Below, piece after piece: positions 48,744 to 56,946 of a DNA stretch of 64,000 nt. Source of the stretch: Candidatus Zixiibacteriota bacterium (GTDB lineage: Bacteria; Electryoneota; B3-LCP); NCBI GenBank assembly GCA_003599535.1, contig QZKQ01000071.1, forward strand, positions 4,454-68,453, read 5' to 3'. The translations under genes were made by a program, and so were the position numbers. The notes below the pieces were generated by a model. The model ran no database searches. It worked only from the letters and a program-made list of their open reading frames with translations, and had not been told where the DNA came from. The number at the start of each line of letters is the position of its first letter. The stretch's first letter is position 1.

Positions 48744-49540
48744 GTGGTGGCATGCTTCTGGTTCCCTTATGGCTTTCTGGCAGTTCACTGAGTTCCAAAT
48801 GCCAGAACGGTCCAATGGCGTACTGATTTCCTTTGAATCCATAGCAGCCATAAGGGAAACGAAGCATGCATGAAGAGGCCAGATACAAGCGCATCAAACA
48901 TTATCATGAACCCGGACAAGCGCATGAGTTGAGTTTTTCCTGTTTTCAGAAACAAAGCCTCTTATCTAATGATCAATTCTGTCAATGGTTTATTGAAAAT
49001 CTTACTTCAGTGCGGGCGAGACACCAATTTGATCTGTGGGCGTATGTTGTCATGCCCAATCACGTCCACCTGTTGATTCGACCTTCCGGAGAAGTATTGA
49101 GTATTGGTCGCATCCTGTGGGACTTGAAGTTACCGGTAAGTATCCGTGTAGTGAATTACTGCAAAGCCCATGCTCCTGGAATATTGCAACGAATGCTGGA
49201 TATTAATAAGACAGGAACGATTACTTACCGTTTCTGGCAACGTGGTGGCGGATATGATCGCAACATGATTCATTCTGAGATCATCCGCGCTTCCATCGAG
49301 TATTTGCATCTCAACCCTGTGCGCAAGCATCTGGTGGAAAGACCGGAAGATTGGCCCTGGTCCAGCGCCGGATTTTACACCGGCAAGGATACTTATCCGA
49401 TTCGGATGGATGTTGAGACCCTGCCGTACAATATGCCGATTCGATAAGGTTGTGGAACATGCTTCGTCTCCCGACCGATTCAGGTTTATTCTCCATGAGA
49501 TGGTATGGTGCCCGGTCGGGAGCCAGAAGCATGCCACCAC
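48744..49540. mobile_element. RAYT locus bounded by inverted long-loop REP hairpins
   Basis: Left hairpin 48744-48868 and right hairpin 49458-49540 flank the transposase; lower GC than host genes. Confidence 0.88.
48866..49447 (+). CDS. REP-associated tyrosine transposase (Y1 HUH)
   Basis: AYVVMPNHVHLL, FWQ, EYLHLNPVRK.LV..PEDWPWSS. Confidence 0.92.
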   Translation: MHEEARYKRIKHYHEPGQAHELSFSCFQKQSLLSNDQFCQWFIENLTSVRARHQFDLWAYVVMPNHVHLLIRPSGEVLSIGRILWDLKLPVSIRVVNYCKAHAPGILQRMLDINKTGTITYRFWQRGGGYDRNMIHSEIIRASIEYLHLNPVRKHLVERPEDWPWSSAGFYTGKDTYPIRMDVETLPYNMPIR

Positions 49541-49645
49541 ATTTCGCAACACTGGGCTGAAATTGTGGGAGCCACTACGCGAGGCACATACATTTATTGA
49601 ACTTGTTTCTTACCGAGCATCACTCATTTCCAATCACTTTGCCTC

Positions 49646-50407
49646 ATGCCCTTATTCAAAACCGAAGCGGTCATCCTGCAGAGCCGCAAATTCAGCGAAA
49701 CTTCCAAGATCCTGGTCGCCTTCACCCGGGAAAAGGGGAGGATGTCGGTCCTGGTCAAGGGGGGGCGCAAGGGGACCAAGGGATTTGCCGGCGGGCTGGA
49801 GACGCTGAACCGGGTGGAGATGCAGATCTACCACAAGGGGGGACGGGAGCTGCAGAACTTCAAGTCCTCCGACCTGGTGGATGGCTACGCCGAGCTGCGC
49901 AAGGACTTGAAGCGCACGTACACCGCCCTGTCCCTGGCGGAAGTGGCCGTGCGCGGCACGGAGACGGAAGATCCCCACGCCGACCTCTACCGGGCGCTGG
50001 TGGAGACCCTGGAGGTGCTGGATCGCACCGGGGAAAACCCCTGGTCGGTGCGCTGGAACGGGCTGCTGCGCTTCTGCCGGGAGCTGGGCTTCGGCATGGC
50101 CCTGCAGGAGTGCCGCCAGTGCGGATCGAAAACCGGCCCGGTGAAGGGCTTCGACCTGGAGCGCGGGGGGTTCCTGTGCGGCGACTGCAAGCTGGAAAAA
50201 CCGCACCAGATGCCCATGCCGGGGGAGTCCTGGGGGGTGCTGCGCTTTCTCGACACCTGCCGTCCCGAAGCCGCCGCCCGCATGGCCGTCCACGCCGACG
50301 CGGGCCGGCGCATCGAAGCCCTGTTCAACGCCTACTTCCGCTACCATCTGCCCGGCCTGCGGGGGTTCGACAGTTGGAAAATGTTGCCGCAACTGTACTG
50401 GGAATAG
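49646..50407 (+). CDS. recO: DNA repair protein RecO
   Basis: TEAVIL..KFSETSKI...FTREKG; CRQC...LCGDC zinc finger. Confidence 0.93.
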   Translation: MPLFKTEAVILQSRKFSETSKILVAFTREKGRMSVLVKGGRKGTKGFAGGLETLNRVEMQIYHKGGRELQNFKSSDLVDGYAELRKDLKRTYTALSLAEVAVRGTETEDPHADLYRALVETLEVLDRTGENPWSVRWNGLLRFCRELGFGMALQECRQCGSKTGPVKGFDLERGGFLCGDCKLEKPHQMPMPGESWGVLRFLDTCRPEAAARMAVHADAGRRIEALFNAYFRYHLPGLRGFDSWKMLPQLYWE

Positions 50408-50422
50408 CCTGGGATTGACGCC

Positions 50423-51358
50423 ATGGATGAAACCGTATACTGGGCCCACCTGGCCGCCGTGGAAGGGGTGGGCGGCGCCCTGATTGACGAACTGATCAAG
50501 CGCTTCGGCAGCCTGAAGCGGGCCATGGAGGCGCCGCTGGACCAGGTCAAGGAGATCCCCAACCTGGACGCGCGCACCGCCGAAGCGGTCTGCCGGGCCG
50601 CGCACACCCTGCCCGCCACCCGGGCCAAAATGGCCGCCCTGGCCAAGCTGGGCCTGCGGGTGGTGATCCGCCTGGACAACGCCTATCCCCCCCGCCTGCG
50701 GCAGGCCTTCAATCCCCCCCCGGTGATCTACCTGGCCGGCGAATTCCAGCCCGGAGACCGGCGCACCGTGGCCATCATCGGCAGCCGGCAGTGCAGCGAC
50801 ATATCCGCCCGGCGGGCCCGGGAATACGCCGCCGAACTGGCCCGCGCCGGCCTGACCGTGGTTTCCGGCTACGCCCCCGGGGTTGACGAAGCGGCGCACC
50901 GCGGCACCCTGGAAGCGGGCGGGCGCACCATCGTCGTGCCCGGCTGCGGCGCTGAACGGTTCGACTTCACTCCCCTGGCTGACCAGGGCGTCGCCTCCTT
51001 CGCCGACCTGGCCGGACGGGGAGTGTGGCTCTCCGAGCAGCCGCCCGAGGCCGGCTGGTCGGGGCAGGGATCGCTGGCCCGCAACCGCCTGGTGGCGGCT
51101 CTGGCCGGAGTTCTGCTGGTGATCGAAGCCCAGACGCATTCGAGCACTCTGAACACGGTGGAACGGGGAATAGCCCTGGGCCGGCCGGTTTTCGTCCAGG
51201 ATTTCGCCACCCTGACCCAGCGGGTCATGGGCAACGAAGCCCTGAAGCGGGAAGGCGCCGGCATCATCCGCACCGCGGCCGACCTGGATCAGGTGGTGGC
51301 CGCGGCGGGAGATTCGGACAACGGACGGCCGGAGCGGACGGAAGATCCCCGGCGTTGA
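50423..51358 (+). CDS. dprA: DNA-processing protein DprA-like
   Basis: YPPRL...PPP, VAIIGSR, VVSGYAPGVD..AH, RNRLVAAL, VIEA. Confidence 0.85.
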   Translation: MDETVYWAHLAAVEGVGGALIDELIKRFGSLKRAMEAPLDQVKEIPNLDARTAEAVCRAAHTLPATRAKMAALAKLGLRVVIRLDNAYPPRLRQAFNPPPVIYLAGEFQPGDRRTVAIIGSRQCSDISARRAREYAAELARAGLTVVSGYAPGVDEAAHRGTLEAGGRTIVVPGCGAERFDFTPLADQGVASFADLAGRGVWLSEQPPEAGWSGQGSLARNRLVAALAGVLLVIEAQTHSSTLNTVERGIALGRPVFVQDFATLTQRVMGNEALKREGAGIIRTAADLDQVVAAAGDSDNGRPERTEDPRR

Positions 51359-51392
51359 TACGGGCAACTCGGTTTAACGGGAGAGACACGCA

Positions 51393-52058
51393 GTGAAGGT
51401 ACGTACGTGGGGAATCGCGGCGCTGGCGGGCATGATGCTGGCCGCCGCCTGGGCAGATCCCGCCGCCGCACAGCCGCGCACCCGGCGGCCCGCATGGAAG
51501 CCCCGCCTGATGGTCACGGCGGGAGGGTCGGTGTGGTCACCGGGCAGCGAGGACAAGGAGCGCTTTCTGGCCAGCTTCGGCGGAAGTTTGACGGCCATCT
51601 ACTGGGCGCGGTGGAACACCCAGTTGGCCCTCTCGCTGGGCTATTCGCCCCTGAACACAGACCAATTCTACTGGAAGCCGGAAGCCCTGCAGGACACCAC
51701 CGTGGACGTCTGGGAGGTGGAGGGCAGCCTGTGGACGGTCTCGGCGGAGATCCGGCAGATGTTCCCCACCGACCAGGTCAACTACCTCTACCTGGGCGCA
51801 GGCGTGGACTTCTATTACTTCGGGGATGTGGAAGGGCGCTGGGAGGCGTACGGCACGGCCCAGCCCCTGCAGGGAAACATTGTCGCGCAGCGCGACCCTT
51901 CCCAGGCCTTCGGGCTGCACGCTTCGCCGGGGCTGTTCTTCCTGTTCCATCCCCGCGTCCCGGTGGACATCGCCCTGCGCCTGCACCTGCTCTACGACGG
52001 GGAGGAGACGGCCTTCTGGCTGCAACCAACCTTCAACCTGGGATACCGGATATTTTAG
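51393..52058 (+). CDS. Putative outer-membrane beta-barrel protein
   Basis: Signal peptide; amphipathic strands; C-terminal LGYRIF. Confidence 0.7.
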   Translation: MKVRTWGIAALAGMMLAAAWADPAAAQPRTRRPAWKPRLMVTAGGSVWSPGSEDKERFLASFGGSLTAIYWARWNTQLALSLGYSPLNTDQFYWKPEALQDTTVDVWEVEGSLWTVSAEIRQMFPTDQVNYLYLGAGVDFYYFGDVEGRWEAYGTAQPLQGNIVAQRDPSQAFGLHASPGLFFLFHPRVPVDIALRLHLLYDGEETAFWLQPTFNLGYRIF

Positions 52059-52089
52059 TAATGTAAAGTGTGAGATTTACAACACAAAA

Positions 52090-52111
52090 AGGGCGGCCGC
52101 ATGGCCGCCCT
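52090..52111 (-). terminator. Terminator, same palindrome as at 53356-53378
   Basis: AGGGCGGCCGCATGGCCGCCCT next to an A tract. Confidence 0.75.
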
Positions 52112-52134
52112 TTGGCGTTTCTGTCCCGCCGCCG

Positions 52135-53271
52135 TCAATTCCCGCCGGCGCTCAGGGTGAAAGTGTAAGAGTACCGTTCGCCGGTAACGATCTCCACGGA
52201 CTGGACGTCGGCCAGATCGAATTGTAATTGCAGGGGGAGAGTATCCTGATTCACACGAATCCCCACGGAAAACCCCCACGCCTCGGGGTAATTCGCGGAA
52301 TGCAGCAGCTCGGGATAGCGCCCTCCCCAGCGCAGGGCCGCCCGGAGCAGGTTCCCATGCAGATCGCGCCAGCCGACCTGGGCTTCAGTGCCGACATAGG
52401 TGTTGACTCCGCCACCGTATGTGGCGGGGTGGCCGTCCCGCCAGAACTCATATATCGCCCTCCGGCTCCAGAATAGATTTTCCGCCGAACTGGGATCGGT
52501 CAACTCTCTCTCGAGATCGGCGTTCAGGTAGAGGTGCGTCCGCCAGGGGGAATCTTCCGGAATCTGCAACGCCGGGATCAGGGCGAACGCGTCCAGGGAC
52601 GCCCCCATCCGCAGGGTCAGGGGCAGCGGTTCGATGATATCCAGTTGGCTGTACCCCAGGGCCGGCCCGAAGTTGGTCACGGTCAGCCCCAGGCGCAGGC
52701 CGGGCAGAAACGGCGCCCGGTAGAGCAGCCCGGCGTCCAGGGCCAGGGAAGTGGAGCTCTCCGCGATGGTAGTGGAGCGCCGGGCGGCGATGAACTTGCC
52801 CGCCACTCCAACTCCCAGCCCGGATGCAATTTGAGTGCCCGTGCCCAGCGTCACCACCGCATCGTAGCCGCGTTCCGCGGCGTACGGCGATTCTCAGTCA
52901 TAGGGCCAATAAATTTCATCATGTGTGCGGAGCCACCCGCTGAGGCTTGCCGTACCCCAACCTGAAAAAGTGCGCAGGACGGTGAAGTTGGGGATGGTAT
53001 AGCCTCCCTCGGAAGCGAGAATGGCGAGGTCGGACACCGCCGCGTACGGCGCGTAGTGAATGAATCCCAGCCCCCCCGGATTCCACCACATGGCGGAGGC
53101 ATCGTCCACGGCGGCGGTGAAGGCCTCCCCCAAGCCGGTCGAACGGGCGTCCGGCGGCAGCCGCAGGAAGAACGCTCCCGGCGACTTGCTGCGCCCCTCA
53201 CCCGCAGCGGTGCCGATAAAAACGGCCAGCAGCGCCGTAAACATTATCGTGAATCTTACCCTGGAACCCAT
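52135..53271 (-). pseudogene. PorV/PorQ-family barrel interrupted by one in-frame TGA (pseudogene or recoded)
   Basis: ORFs 52894-53271 and 52135-52857 share a frame: ...YWPYD*ESPYAAERGYDAVV...; FLRLPPDARSTGLGE, WWNPGGL, DAGLLY. Confidence 0.75.
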
Positions 53272-53406
53272 GGTGTTCTCTCCGGCAGACAGTGTGGTAT
53301 GGCTTCTATTGTGAATACCTTCCCGAATTGCCGCAGGATCCCAGGAAAAAAGAAAAGGGCGGCCGCATGGCCGCCCTGGGGCGTTTCGGAATCCGGCAGG
53401 GAAAGC

Positions 53407-54558
53407 CTATTTCAGTTGCAACCCCAGCACCAGGCCGTACGTCTCCTGTTTGTCCAGAGGATTGTCATGTGCGGCACTCAGCTGGGCGTAGTCGAAGCGG
53501 TACCAGAAGTCCAGGCCGGGAGTAGAAAAGTCCGCTCCCAGGGAGAAACCCTGCGAGCTGGGGTTCCGGTCTCCGAGGATGTCATAGTAGGTCCCCGAGC
53601 GGACCGCCGCTCGCAGGAGCAGATCGGGGGTAGCCCGCAGCTTCCCCCAGGCTTCCATCCCCACGTGCCGGATGATGCCGTCCTTTTCGTTCTGGGGATC
53701 ATCGTCGCTCCAGGCGGTAAACAGCGCCTGGTAGAACGGCCTCGGGCTCCGGTCCTCGCGCAGATCCACCAGTTCCTTGTCAAATTCGGCGTTCACCACC
53801 CAGCCCATGATGAAGGGTTCGGCTTCCAGGTTGGCCCCGGCCAGGCCGGCTAACGCCGCGAACACGTCGCAGGAGAGGCCCAGGCGAAGATTCTGGGGCA
53901 GCGGTTTCTCCGGCCCTATTCCGTAGTCCAGGGAGGGACCAATATTGGTCAGGGTGGCGCCCAGCCCCAGGCCCTGCATCCAGCCCGGCCGGTAGAGAGC
54001 GCCCAGGTCCGCGGCCCATCCCTGGCTGGTTTTGTTTCCTGCAGTGCTCTGGGGGGACAGGTGGCTGCCGAGGTATTTGAAGGCCAGGCCCACCCCCAAA
54101 TCCGGGTGGACGCGGGCGCCGCCGGCGACCGCCGCGGCCAGCTCATAGCTGTGAAAGGTGCCAGCAGGATTGTTGTTCTCGTTCCGGCTTTCGGTCGTGC
54201 CGTAACTGGTGTAGATGAAATGTCCGCCCAACGTCGCACCCCAGGCCGGTACGGGGTAGACGGCCGCGGCGTAGCGGTGGTACAGGTCGGGCAGGTTAAA
54301 CGACGGCAGCAGGTCGGTATTGGCGTAATAGCCTTCGATCCGCGTCTGGAATCCCAGCGCGCCGGGGTTCCACCAGACGGCGGCGGGGTTGTCCCATCGC
54401 GCCACTCCGGTTTCGCCCATGCCCGCCGAGACCGCATCAGGGACCAGCTTCAGGAAGATCGCCCCCGCTTCGCTGGGGCCGTCCGCCCGGGCGGTGCCCG
54501 CCAGCGCGCCGGCCAGCAGCATAACCCCCAACCCTCGCCGTACCATCTCCACCTCCAT
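53407..54558 (-). CDS. PorV/PorQ family T9SS outer-membrane protein
   Basis: FLKLVPDA..GMGE, WWNPGALG, DLGALY, NIGP, LPQNLRLG. Confidence 0.88.
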   Translation of the reverse strand: MEVEMVRRGLGVMLLAGALAGTARADGPSEAGAIFLKLVPDAVSAGMGETGVARWDNPAAVWWNPGALGFQTRIEGYYANTDLLPSFNLPDLYHRYAAAVYPVPAWGATLGGHFIYTSYGTTESRNENNNPAGTFHSYELAAAVAGGARVHPDLGVGLAFKYLGSHLSPQSTAGNKTSQGWAADLGALYRPGWMQGLGLGATLTNIGPSLDYGIGPEKPLPQNLRLGLSCDVFAALAGLAGANLEAEPFIMGWVVNAEFDKELVDLREDRSPRPFYQALFTAWSDDDPQNEKDGIIRHVGMEAWGKLRATPDLLLRAAVRSGTYYDILGDRNPSSQGFSLGADFSTPGLDFWYRFDYAQLSAAHDNPLDKQETYGLVLGLQLK

Positions 54559-54723
54559 GGATAAAAACCGGTTATCAATGATATTTCAATATAATCCCCG
54601 CCGGCGTGGAAGTCAAGATGAAATCAGGCTAATTCGGCACGAGGTTCAAAGCGTTGATGGTTCCCCAATTAAAAAATCCCAAAGCCGGTTGGCGATGGGA
54701 TTAAATGTCCTTGGGAGATGGCT

Positions 54724-54927
54724 CTACGCGAAATGCGCCACCGCCTCGTTCAGTTCGCGCAGCAGGGCGTCCTTGTCGGCGACCTGGGAGCGGTCCATGG
54801 CTTCGCCCAGAGTGCCCCACACCGGTTCGCCGCACTGGATGCAGACCACGCCCCAGCGTACCAGCAGCGGCACGGTCTGGGGGAATTCCTGCACCAGGTC
54901 CTCCATGCTGATATCCAGGGTGATCAC
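54724..54927 (-). CDS. DUF1858 domain protein (CxxC)
   Basis: GTG start after GGAGG; ITLDISMEDLV.EFP...GVVCIQCGE...TLGEA...LLRELN. Confidence 0.8.
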   Translation of the reverse strand: MITLDISMEDLVQEFPQTVPLLVRWGVVCIQCGEPVWGTLGEAMDRSQVADKDALLRELNEAVAHFA

Positions 54928-55175
54928 AGGTCCTCCGGAAGATCCATTAACGGCAGGTTCAGGCGCGCCAGCAGGCGCTTTTGCATTTCCCCCGGCACGT
55001 GGGCGCAGGGGATGGAACGGTATATTTCCACGGTGCGCCGGACGCTGTCCAACTGCAGGGTGCAGTCGGGGCAGCTTTCCAGGTGCTCCTTCAGCTCGGT
55101 GCAGACGGGCGAATTCAGGTCTTCGCCCAGGGCCGTGCACAGCCTCTCCATAAAAGCCCGGCATTTGTCTTGCAT
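54924..55175 (-). CDS. Soluble zinc-binding anti-sigma factor (zf-HC2)
   Basis: HLESCPDC plus three more Cys; no TM helix; follows the ECF gene. Confidence 0.85.
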   Translation of the reverse strand: MQDKCRAFMERLCTALGEDLNSPVCTELKEHLESCPDCTLQLDSVRRTVEIYRSIPCAHVPGEMQKRLLARLNLPLMDLPEDL

Positions 55176-55181
55176 GGCGAT

Positions 55182-55808
55182 CTATCCTACTCGCTTCTGG
55201 GACGACTTCTGATCGGCGGCTTCGCGCGCCTCGATGAATTCCGCCAGGTGATCGCGCAGGGCGGTGCGGCCGCGGTGCAGGGCCGCCTTGACCGCGGGCA
55301 CGGTGGTGTTCATGGTCTGGGCGATTTCCTGCAGGGACAGGCCTTCGATATCTTTCAGGACGAAGGGAACGCGCCAGGAATCGGGCAGTTGGGCCATGGC
55401 GCGTTCCAGCGCGTCCTTGAATTCCGTATCGAGCAACAGTTCCAGGGGGTCGCGGTCCAGGGATTTCAGCATCCGGGCGTAGCGGGAGGTCTCCTCGTCG
55501 TCCCCCTCCTCTTCCATGGGCACCAGGCGCCCTTTGCGCTGGCGCAGCATCATCAGGGCGGCGTTGGTGGCGATGCGGTAGATCCAGGTGCCCAGCGCGG
55601 AGTCGAGGCGGAAGGTGTCCAGTTTTTCGAAGACCTTGAGGAAGGTCTCCTGCAGGACGCATTCCGCCCTCTCCGGATTGCCCGTCAGCTTCAAGGCCAG
55701 GTTGTAAACCAGATCCTGGTGCCGCAGCACGATCTCCGTGCGGGCGCGCACGTCGCCGTCCAGCGCGCGCTGCACCATTTCCTTTTCCGGCAGGGGTTGC
55801 AGGGTCAT
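55182..55808 (-). CDS. ECF RNA polymerase sigma factor
   Basis: AECVLQETFL, TWIYRIATNAALM, LSLQEIA...VPAVKAALHRGR. Confidence 0.92.
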   Translation of the reverse strand: MTLQPLPEKEMVQRALDGDVRARTEIVLRHQDLVYNLALKLTGNPERAECVLQETFLKVFEKLDTFRLDSALGTWIYRIATNAALMMLRQRKGRLVPMEEEGDDEETSRYARMLKSLDRDPLELLLDTEFKDALERAMAQLPDSWRVPFVLKDIEGLSLQEIAQTMNTTVPAVKAALHRGRTALRDHLAEFIEAREAADQKSSQKRVG

Positions 55809-55836
55809 CCCAGGCGTTTCCTTGCGCTTGGAGGTC

Positions 55837-56178
55837 TTACACTTTCTGTATGGGGGCCAGGTGGGGCTTCAGGCCCTGTTCCAGCATGGGGCGGGGCAGC
55901 GCGCCGATCCACTGGCCCACCGGCTTGCCGTTCTTGAACAGCAGCAGGGTGGGGATGCCGGTGATGCCGAAGCGGGCGGCCACGGCCGGATTTTCGTCCA
56001 CGTTCACCTTGCCCACGGTCAACTGGCCGGCGTAATCCTGGGCCAGGCCGGACAGCACCGGGGCGATGATGCGGCAGGGGGCGCACCAGGGCGCCCAGAA
56101 ATCCACCAGCACGGGCGTGGCGCTCTGCGTGATCTGTTCGTCAAAAGTGGCGTCGGTCAGGGTGATTTCGTGTTCCAT
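55837..56178 (-). CDS. trxA: Thioredoxin
   Basis: VLVDFWAPWCAPC, GIPTLLLFKNG. Confidence 0.95.
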   Translation of the reverse strand: MEHEITLTDATFDEQITQSATPVLVDFWAPWCAPCRIIAPVLSGLAQDYAGQLTVGKVNVDENPAVAARFGITGIPTLLLFKNGKPVGQWIGALPRPMLEQGLKPHLAPIQKV

Positions 56179-56202
56179 CAGTCCCTCATGGTTGCAACAG
56201 TC

Positions 56203-56406
56203 TTACGGGGTTGGCGGTCCGGCCGGCGGTTCCGGCGTACCGGTGGTCTGTTCGGTGCGCGGAGTCTGGGCCCGATCCTCGGGCCCGCAGGCGCCCGACA
56301 TTCACGTCGGCACGCCCAGCCGGGGCAACACCCAGCGGGACAGGGTGAACCAGGCGACGAATATCAGGATGATCAGAATGGCATCCATACCGTTTCGCTT
56401 TCTCAT
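56203..56406 (-). CDS. Candidate small membrane selenoprotein (UxxxC); absent from the ORF track
   Basis: MRKRNGMDAILIILIFVAWFTLSRWVLPRLGVPT-TGA(56302-56304)-MSGACGPED...TP-TAA; AAGGA RBS; SECIS-like hairpin; alternative start at 56388. Confidence 0.7.
56268..56286 (-). promoter_or_regulatory. Candidate bacterial SECIS element
   Basis: GGGCCCGA-GGA-TCGGGCCC; G-first loop 23 nt after the UGA. Confidence 0.55.
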
Positions 56407-56686
56407 AAGTATCCTTCGGTTCAACTCCGGATGGTGCGCTCCGGGTCCCGCCGGGGGCCGCCCCGACCTCCACGGCATTTCATGGAATTAGATGCAGGAA
56501 GGGCGCGGAGGATGCGCGGGGGATCCGGGTATCAGCAGAGCGTCGGCATAATACTTGACTCATGCCCCTTCAGTGCTTATACTCTAAAAGCGATTTCTGC
56601 TTTGGATCATGCAACTGGATGATCAGCGGAATGGAGTGACTTCTGATATTGTCATACGATGAATATGCCAGGAAAGGTGTTGTTAG

Positions 56687-56815
56687 ATGCCGGTAATTTT
56701 CTCCCACATCGGGGCCCATGAGGTGTACGTACTGACGGATCCCGGGGATCTCTACTTCGCCCGGTTGACGGCGGGTTCATCCACCGCCACGCAGAAGTTG
56801 CTGCTGGTGAAGTAA
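56687..56815 (+). pseudogene. Orphan remnant of a T9SS C-terminal domain (42 aa)
   Basis: GAHEV...GDLYFARLTAGSSTATQKLLLVK resembles the CTD at the end of 31964-33550. Confidence 0.6.
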
Positions 56816-56837
56816 TCGCCCTCGGGATACAACACCA

Positions 56838-56861
56838 AAGCCCCCTCACCTGAGGGGGCTT
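56838..56861. terminator. Intrinsic terminator
   Basis: AAGCCCCCTCA-CC-TGAGGGGGCTT. Confidence 0.75.
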
Positions 56862-56946
56862 CTTAGTTTATCGGCGTTGACGGACGCGAGGTCCTTTGCC
56901 TTTGCAGATCGCGATGAGCCGACAGCCAACGACCGACGACTAACGA

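Noticed and set aside
48866-49447. IS200/IS605 TnpA with TnpB
   Set aside because: No tnpB; the length, NPVR..LV/W.WSS tail and flanking inverted GTGG hairpins fit a RAYT
56186-56473. 95-aa ORF from the track upstream of trxA
   Set aside because: No recognisable features; the overlapping frame with an RBS, TM helix and UGA-x3-Cys explains the region better
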